From: an uncultured Thermoproteaceae archaeon | GTDB taxonomy: Archaea > Thermoproteota > Thermoprotei > Thermoproteales > Thermocladiaceae | Direction: 5' to 3' | NCBI GenBank assembly: GCA_964575955.1 | Contig: CAZNTG010000006.1 | Location: 192,001 to 256,000 of the forward strand | Length of the DNA: 64,000 nucleotides | Part shown: one piece after another, positions 58,958-64,000 of the stretch | How positions within the stretch are numbered: the stretch's first letter is position 1 | Layout: the number at the start of each line of letters is the position of its first letter | Made by a program: the position numbers and the translations under genes | The notes under the pieces: generated by a model | Told to the model about the DNA's origin: nothing | What the model saw: the letters and a program-made list of their open reading frames with translations, nothing else | Databases searched by the model: none

Positions 58958-60375
58958 CTTTTCAATATCTTCGATATTATATTACTAATCTTCTTCATAG
59001 TTTCCTCATCTGGTTTAACATCTTCAGGATATTTTTCACCACCATATTCTTCAGGTAATTTTCTTGTTGCATCAATACCCACCTTAGATCCATATCCAAC
59101 TATCGGTGTTGAAGGATCTAGCTCTTCTGTTGGATATCTAGGGATTATAACTATATCACGTTGTGGATCTACATGTGCAGCAATCATGTACATTACCTGA
59201 TTTAGATCTCTAACATTTACATCACTATCAACAACTATTACTATCTTACCTAAAACAGGTACTAGAGACCATAATAGCATCATTACACGTTTTGCCTGTC
59301 CTGGATATTTCTTACGTATAGATACTATGTATACATATCCAAGACCTGATGGTGGTATATGAAGATCTACAATTTCAGAAGCTATACATTTCAATAAATT
59401 CTTAACAACTCTCTCACCAAAAATCATCATATACCCATCTTCAAGTATTGGCTTTCCTGTTACTGTGACAGGTATTATTGGGTCATCTCTAGAGAAGATT
59501 GCTCTAACTTCAACAATGGGATATTTAAGTACTGGAGAATATACACCAACATGATCTCCAAAGGGACCTTCAGGAACTAGATCTCTCAATTTTACAACAC
59601 CTTCAATAACTAGTTCTGAATTTGCTGGATATACAACATTCTTCACAGATTTACCTTCAACAAAATCTATACCTCTACCTCTCAAAAGTCCTGTAATAAA
59701 CACCTTATCTAGAGGTGACGGTATTGGTACTGAAGCCATGAGCATAGTTATAGGATCAGTACCAAATACAATAGCTACAGGAACTTCATCACTCCACATC
59801 TCAGCAATCTCTCTACTCTTCCTCCATGGCATCCAATGCATTATCATACGTCTCTCATCAACAACCTGAAGTCTATAATATCCAAAATTTATCCTATCAT
59901 CATAAGCTACAAATGTTATACCCATAGTGAAGAATCTAGCTTTCTCACCAGGCCACTGTCTAATAGCGGGTAGTTTAGTAATATCAATATTTTTCCACTC
60001 AACTTCATGTACAGGTCCTGAACCTACCTTCCTGGGAAGAGCTTTACCAACCTTACCAAATTCTGAGATAGTTTTAACAATATCTTGAATACCTCTATAC
60101 CTAGTCTTTAAAATATTTGAAAAATATTCTAATCTTCTAGAAATTTCATCCTCACTTAAAATATTGTCAATCCTATCTAAACTACCAAACAGATTACCAA
60201 CAACTTTAGTTAAACAGTCTTTAACATTCTTAAAAATCACTGCAGGACCATTATTATAACATACCTCTCTTAAAATATGTGCAAGTTCAAGATCAAGACT
60301 AACTTCATCATCAATTTCTACAAGTAGATTATGTCCTCTTAGAAAGTTTAAATATTCTCTAAGATCATTAAACAT
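58954..60375 (-). CDS. UbiD-family (prFMN) decarboxylase
   Basis: DLREYL, GYYRLQ, EGPFGDH-x-G-x-Y, GKP-x-x-ED, VVD-x-DV, LDPS, GIDAT. Confidence 0.92.
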   Translation of the reverse strand: MFNDLREYLNFLRGHNLLVEIDDEVSLDLELAHILREVCYNNGPAVIFKNVKDCLTKVVGNLFGSLDRIDNILSEDEISRRLEYFSNILKTRYRGIQDIVKTISEFGKVGKALPRKVGSGPVHEVEWKNIDITKLPAIRQWPGEKARFFTMGITFVAYDDRINFGYYRLQVVDERRMIMHWMPWRKSREIAEMWSDEVPVAIVFGTDPITMLMASVPIPSPLDKVFITGLLRGRGIDFVEGKSVKNVVYPANSELVIEGVVKLRDLVPEGPFGDHVGVYSPVLKYPIVEVRAIFSRDDPIIPVTVTGKPILEDGYMMIFGERVVKNLLKCIASEIVDLHIPPSGLGYVYIVSIRKKYPGQAKRVMMLLWSLVPVLGKIVIVVDSDVNVRDLNQVMYMIAAHVDPQRDIVIIPRYPTEELDPSTPIVGYGSKVGIDATRKLPEEYGGEKYPEDVKPDEETMKKISNIISKILKR

Positions 60376-61251
60376 CTAGTGTAGTATAAATCCTAGACAT
60401 ATAAATGTTGATGTTATACATCTAATAGCAAAGATATAGAATGGATTTCTAACTTTTAAAGAATGTAATGTTAATGGTAGTGTAATATATGTTAAAAGTA
60501 TTATTAAAGATACAGACTTCAAAATTATCAAAACTATTGGAACTAAGTATATTATGAATATGAAGATGTATAGTACATATTTAACATTTTCTAAACCTAA
60601 AACGACAGCTATAGTCTTCTTACCTAACTTCAAATCAACATCATATCTGGCAATTGCAAGCTTTGTTAAAATTATTGTTGTATACATACCATTAGCAAGA
60701 CCTGCAATTATTGAAAGTGTGATACCATATATGTTCAATGTGTTTGATAATACTATGAATGTTCCACATGTAATTAATGGTCCTGTAGCAATACCTGCAA
60801 ATATTTCACCAAAACCTCTATATCTAAGTTTAACTATTGGAGAGCTATATCCAACTCCTATAAAAACTCCTAGAAATACTATTATGAAAACTTCAATAAT
60901 AGATAACGATATTAGAAGTATTGATCCAAGAACTATAGCAATTCCTATCAATATTATTGATATATTTCTAACAAGTTTAGGATCTACATTTAAATCTAAT
61001 ATCATATTAACTCTATGGAGAGTTCTCACTTTTCTATACTCAATATCTATACCTGTAGTATAATCTCTATAATCATTATATAAGTTTACTCCTGAATGTA
61101 TCAATATTAGACATATTATAACTATTGATAACTTTATCAAGTCTACATGTCTAAATATTGAGTATGTTATTGATGCTCCTATAATTGCCGATAATATACT
61201 TGATATGAATGTTATTGGACTTAGAGCTTCTATATATTTTAATAATCTCAT
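60376..61251 (-). CDS. MenA-like UbiA-family prenyltransferase
   Basis: HSGVNLYNDYRDY-x-x-GID, YS-x-x-x-x-x-LRYRGFGE, D-x-x-x-GKKT. Confidence 0.85.
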   Translation of the reverse strand: MRLLKYIEALSPITFISSILSAIIGASITYSIFRHVDLIKLSIVIICLILIHSGVNLYNDYRDYTTGIDIEYRKVRTLHRVNMILDLNVDPKLVRNISIILIGIAIVLGSILLISLSIIEVFIIVFLGVFIGVGYSSPIVKLRYRGFGEIFAGIATGPLITCGTFIVLSNTLNIYGITLSIIAGLANGMYTTIILTKLAIARYDVDLKLGKKTIAVVLGLENVKYVLYIFIFIIYLVPIVLIILKSVSLIILLTYITLPLTLHSLKVRNPFYIFAIRCITSTFICLGFILH

Positions 61252-61889
61252 CTTACTCTATATACATATATTATACATGGTTTATCGTATTCTTCAGGTA
61301 TTTTATCTAGAATTTCTGTATTTATTGATATGTTTTTCACAATCTTAATAGCATATTCATCACCAAGCTTTTGTATTAAAGTTCTAGCTTTTTCAAATGA
61401 TGGCATTAATATTACAAGCATTCCAAGTTCTCTTACAAGTCTTACCATTGTTTCAATATCTTCATCATGTCCATTTACTACAGAGAAACCTCTAATATTT
61501 GGATAGTCTGTTAGTGATATCTCTGCCTCTATAGCACCTGCAGTTATTGATGATACTCCTGGAATAACTTCATAAGGTATATTATGCCTTTTCAATTCCT
61601 CTAACTCCTCTCTAAGATGTGAATATATTGTTGGATCACCATTCTTCAAATGTGCAACTACATAACCTTTCAATGCTCTATCAATAACTATCTTAATAGC
61701 TTCCTTTCTATGTCTTTTAACAATTTTAATCTTCTCAATAGCATTTTTTGCATATTTTTCAACAATTATATCAGGAACTAGATTACCATAAACAACAACT
61801 TGAGCTTTACTTAACCTATCTATAGCTCTCAATGTTAAGAGATCTGGAGCTCCAGGTCCAACACCTATAATATAGACAAAACCTGTCAC
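61248..61889 (-). CDS. cobA: Uroporphyrinogen-III C-methyltransferase (SUMT, CobA/SirA)
   Basis: GVGPGAPDLLTLRA, LKNGDP-x-IY, VIPGVSS, GH. Confidence 0.85.
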   Translation of the reverse strand: MTGFVYIIGVGPGAPDLLTLRAIDRLSKAQVVVYGNLVPDIIVEKYAKNAIEKIKIVKRHRKEAIKIVIDRALKGYVVAHLKNGDPTIYSHLREELEELKRHNIPYEVIPGVSSITAGAIEAEISLTDYPNIRGFSVVNGHDEDIETMVRLVRELGMLVILMPSFEKARTLIQKLGDEYAIKIVKNISINTEILDKIPEEYDKPCIIYVYRVR

Positions 61890-61965
61890 AGTTGGGTTTA
61901 GATATTTTAAATTTAAATATTAATCTATAATGTTAAAGGTGAGAAAAGTGGAAATATTTCAATTT

Positions 61966-63462
61966 TTATAACTCTAAAGCCCATCCAACTAGGTCTGACA
62001 CTCCCTTACACATTAATTGTCCAGGTATGTGATATTCTATAACTACTGGGAATTGTGCTTTATCGATAGAGCATGGTGTTGTCATTATTTGTGCACCTGT
62101 CTTCCAACAGTCATATACTGATGGCCATCCAGCCCATACTCTTAGTGGTATTACATCATCTCCAAGTAGTCCACTTCCAGCACCGCAGCATAGTGTTCTA
62201 TGTTTATTATGTTCTCTTTCTCTAAATTCTTTAGCAACAGCTCTTAGAATTATTCTAGGTTCTTCAATTAGGTCTCCGGCTCTAGCTAGATTACACGGAT
62301 CGTGATATGTCACAACGTAGTCTAACTTTCTAACTTTCAACTTACCCTTCTTTATAGCCCATGCAACTAGCTGTAGGAAGTGTATTGCCTTAATACCACG
62401 TTTCTCAAGTTCAGGAACTACATAATTCTTAAATGCTCTCCAACCATGACCACACTCTCCAAATATTACAAGTTCAGCACCTATCTTCACAGCTGTCTCC
62501 ACAATTCTATTACCCTGCTTCATTAGGTGGTAATCTGATACGAATAGTCCAAAGTTGCCGATTTCAAATACTTCTGATCTAAATGTATACTTATCCTGTA
62601 GTCCAAGTGCGTACATTACTTTTACAAAGCCTTTCAATGTGTCTATGTTTGTGAATACGTCCGTTGATGATGGTAGGAATAGTATCTTAGCTTTTGGTCT
62701 ATCTAGTGGAATCTTAATATCACGACCAGTCTCCTCCTTCAACTCCTCCTCAACCCAGTCAAATACTGCTTTAATGGCTTTTGGATTTAGGAACATTTGA
62801 TTGCCTGTTAACATTAGTGATCTCACAGTATTGCCAACAAACTCGTAAACCATACCCATCTCAGCAAATATTTGACGTACTGCTCTAGTAATTTCTGCAG
62901 TATCTATACCAAATGGGCAGAAGTATGCACATCTTCTACATTCAGTACATTGGTGGAAGTATATCCAAAGTTCTTCAAGTAGTTGTTCTGTAAGTTCTTT
63001 AGCATCTACAAGCTTACTAAATAGTCTACCTGTAAGCTTATCATAGTACTTGAATATTGATCTTATGAGATCTGCTCTACCTACAGGAGAGTTATGGTAA
63101 TCTCTTGTAGCCATCCACATGTGACATTTATCAATACAGTATCCACAGTGCGTACAATTCTCGAGATATAGTCTGAGTGCTCTATTGTTTCTTAACATCT
63201 CTCTAAACCTATTTATGAAGTATCTAATTCTCTCTTCAGGACTTAGCTTAAACCATAGATCTCTAGTCTTTACAAATCCTCCAGGTATGAACTCAGCTTC
63301 TCTTAAGAATTTTTCAACAACTAGCTTTCTAGCATTAATCCACTTGCTACTTTCAGGAAACTTCTCAGCATACCATTTCTTCCACTCTTCATACTTTGGA
63401 CTCTCTGGTATTGGATCTCTCTTTAATGATGGTATTGGTGGAGGAATCTTCTTCTCAGCCAT
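61966..63462 (-). CDS. dsrK: DsrK-like Fe-S/CCG-domain protein
   Basis: CTHCGYCIDKC, CTECRRC-x-x-FCPFGID, GECGHG, TYHDPCN, CCGAGSG, CSIDK; start at ATG 63462 after GGTGAG. Confidence 0.85.
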   Translation of the reverse strand: MAEKKIPPPIPSLKRDPIPESPKYEEWKKWYAEKFPESSKWINARKLVVEKFLREAEFIPGGFVKTRDLWFKLSPEERIRYFINRFREMLRNNRALRLYLENCTHCGYCIDKCHMWMATRDYHNSPVGRADLIRSIFKYYDKLTGRLFSKLVDAKELTEQLLEELWIYFHQCTECRRCAYFCPFGIDTAEITRAVRQIFAEMGMVYEFVGNTVRSLMLTGNQMFLNPKAIKAVFDWVEEELKEETGRDIKIPLDRPKAKILFLPSSTDVFTNIDTLKGFVKVMYALGLQDKYTFRSEVFEIGNFGLFVSDYHLMKQGNRIVETAVKIGAELVIFGECGHGWRAFKNYVVPELEKRGIKAIHFLQLVAWAIKKGKLKVRKLDYVVTYHDPCNLARAGDLIEEPRIILRAVAKEFREREHNKHRTLCCGAGSGLLGDDVIPLRVWAGWPSVYDCWKTGAQIMTTPCSIDKAQFPVVIEYHIPGQLMCKGVSDLVGWALEL

Positions 63463-63478
63463 ACTCACTCACCTAATA

Positions 63479-64000
63479 TTATCTTCTACCCTCGACTATA
63501 TCTATTGCTAGGTTAAGTGCTGTATCTTTATGTTCAAACTTGCCGTAAAGTGCTGGATTGAATGGGAACATGAACATGTGTATCATCTTACTCCAAGGTA
63601 TGTATATTAGGAATAGCTCTGCAAAGAATACATGTACAAGTTCTAGTGGGTGATATATCATCTCTAGATACATTGCCTTAATAGCATGCATTATATGTCC
63701 AGTCATTAAACCTCTAAACCACTCACCAATAAGCATAAACATCACGCTACCATACTCTCTCATAAGCTCATAGACCTGGTGGATATAAGGTGCTAATGGT
63801 CCTGTACTGTAGTGAGATTTCACATATGCTAAAACTGCAGATTCTGTAAATGATGTTGGATATGCAGTTATCTTAGCCGCAAGTCCAAATCCAAGTATTA
63901 TGAGTAGCAGGAATATTAGAAGCCAATCATCTATATAGTTAATCTTAACCTTTGTATGTGCCTGTACATATGCTCTTCTTATAGCTAAGAATATTAGACA
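63479..64000 (-). CDS. dsrM: DsrM/NarI-like cytochrome b membrane subunit (5' end outside the window)
   Basis: Frame is open to the window end (IRR...DDWLL...); H-x-x-x-x-ELFLIYIPWSKMIHM heme-ligand motif; directly upstream of dsrK. Confidence 0.85.
   Translation of the reverse strand, partial: CLIFLAIRRAYVQAHTKVKINYIDDWLLIFLLLIILGFGLAAKITAYPTSFTESAVLAYVKSHYSTGPLAPYIHQVYELMREYGSVMFMLIGEWFRGLMTGHIMHAIKAMYLEMIYHPLELVHVFFAELFLIYIPWSKMIHMFMFPFNPALYGKFEHKDTALNLAIDIVEGRR

Noticed and set aside
6237-63511. Many antisense ORFs in the track (e.g. 6450-6758, 13297-13770, 20908-21444, 24788-25330, 54091-54612, 60554-61063)
   Set aside because: They lie wholly opposite well-supported genes, have S/I/L/F-rich shadow composition and show no motifs.

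Overview
AT-rich archaeal chromosome segment. Gene content and style point to a hyperthermophilic Thermoproteota (Thermoprotei) organism: pelota, Tsr3, uL10/P0, scattered A-type ATPase genes, DsrMK, an intron-containing tRNA with a BHB motif, and many box C/D sRNAs. Positions ~1-5300 are a decayed accessory island resembling a virus or plasmid remnant. It holds RHH/HTH and Zn-ribbon genes, small membrane ORFs, iteron-like repeats and a disrupted TGT-like (DpdA-type) gene. The remaining ~59 kb is densely packed core metabolism: NAD (pncB, nadE, nadXCA), purines (purM, purE, purC, purQ), branched-chain amino acids (ilvBNC, leuA), alternative heme/siroheme synthesis (hemD, fused ahbAB, ahbC-like, SUMT, ctaB), a Co/Ni ECF transporter, AOR, porB, gltB, hypF, ubiD/menA and dsrMK. 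Elements the ORF track misses: tRNA-Val(TAC) with a 24-nt intron; six box C/D sRNAs, including one with two guides that fit tRNA-Asp/Glu; a K-turn H/ACA-like RNA; a +1 frameshift in the hypF acylphosphatase motif; a dyad-symmetric bidirectional promoter splitting cbiM from cbiNQO; and small ORFs next to atpD and ilvB. All product calls come from recognising motifs by eye; no database searches were run.
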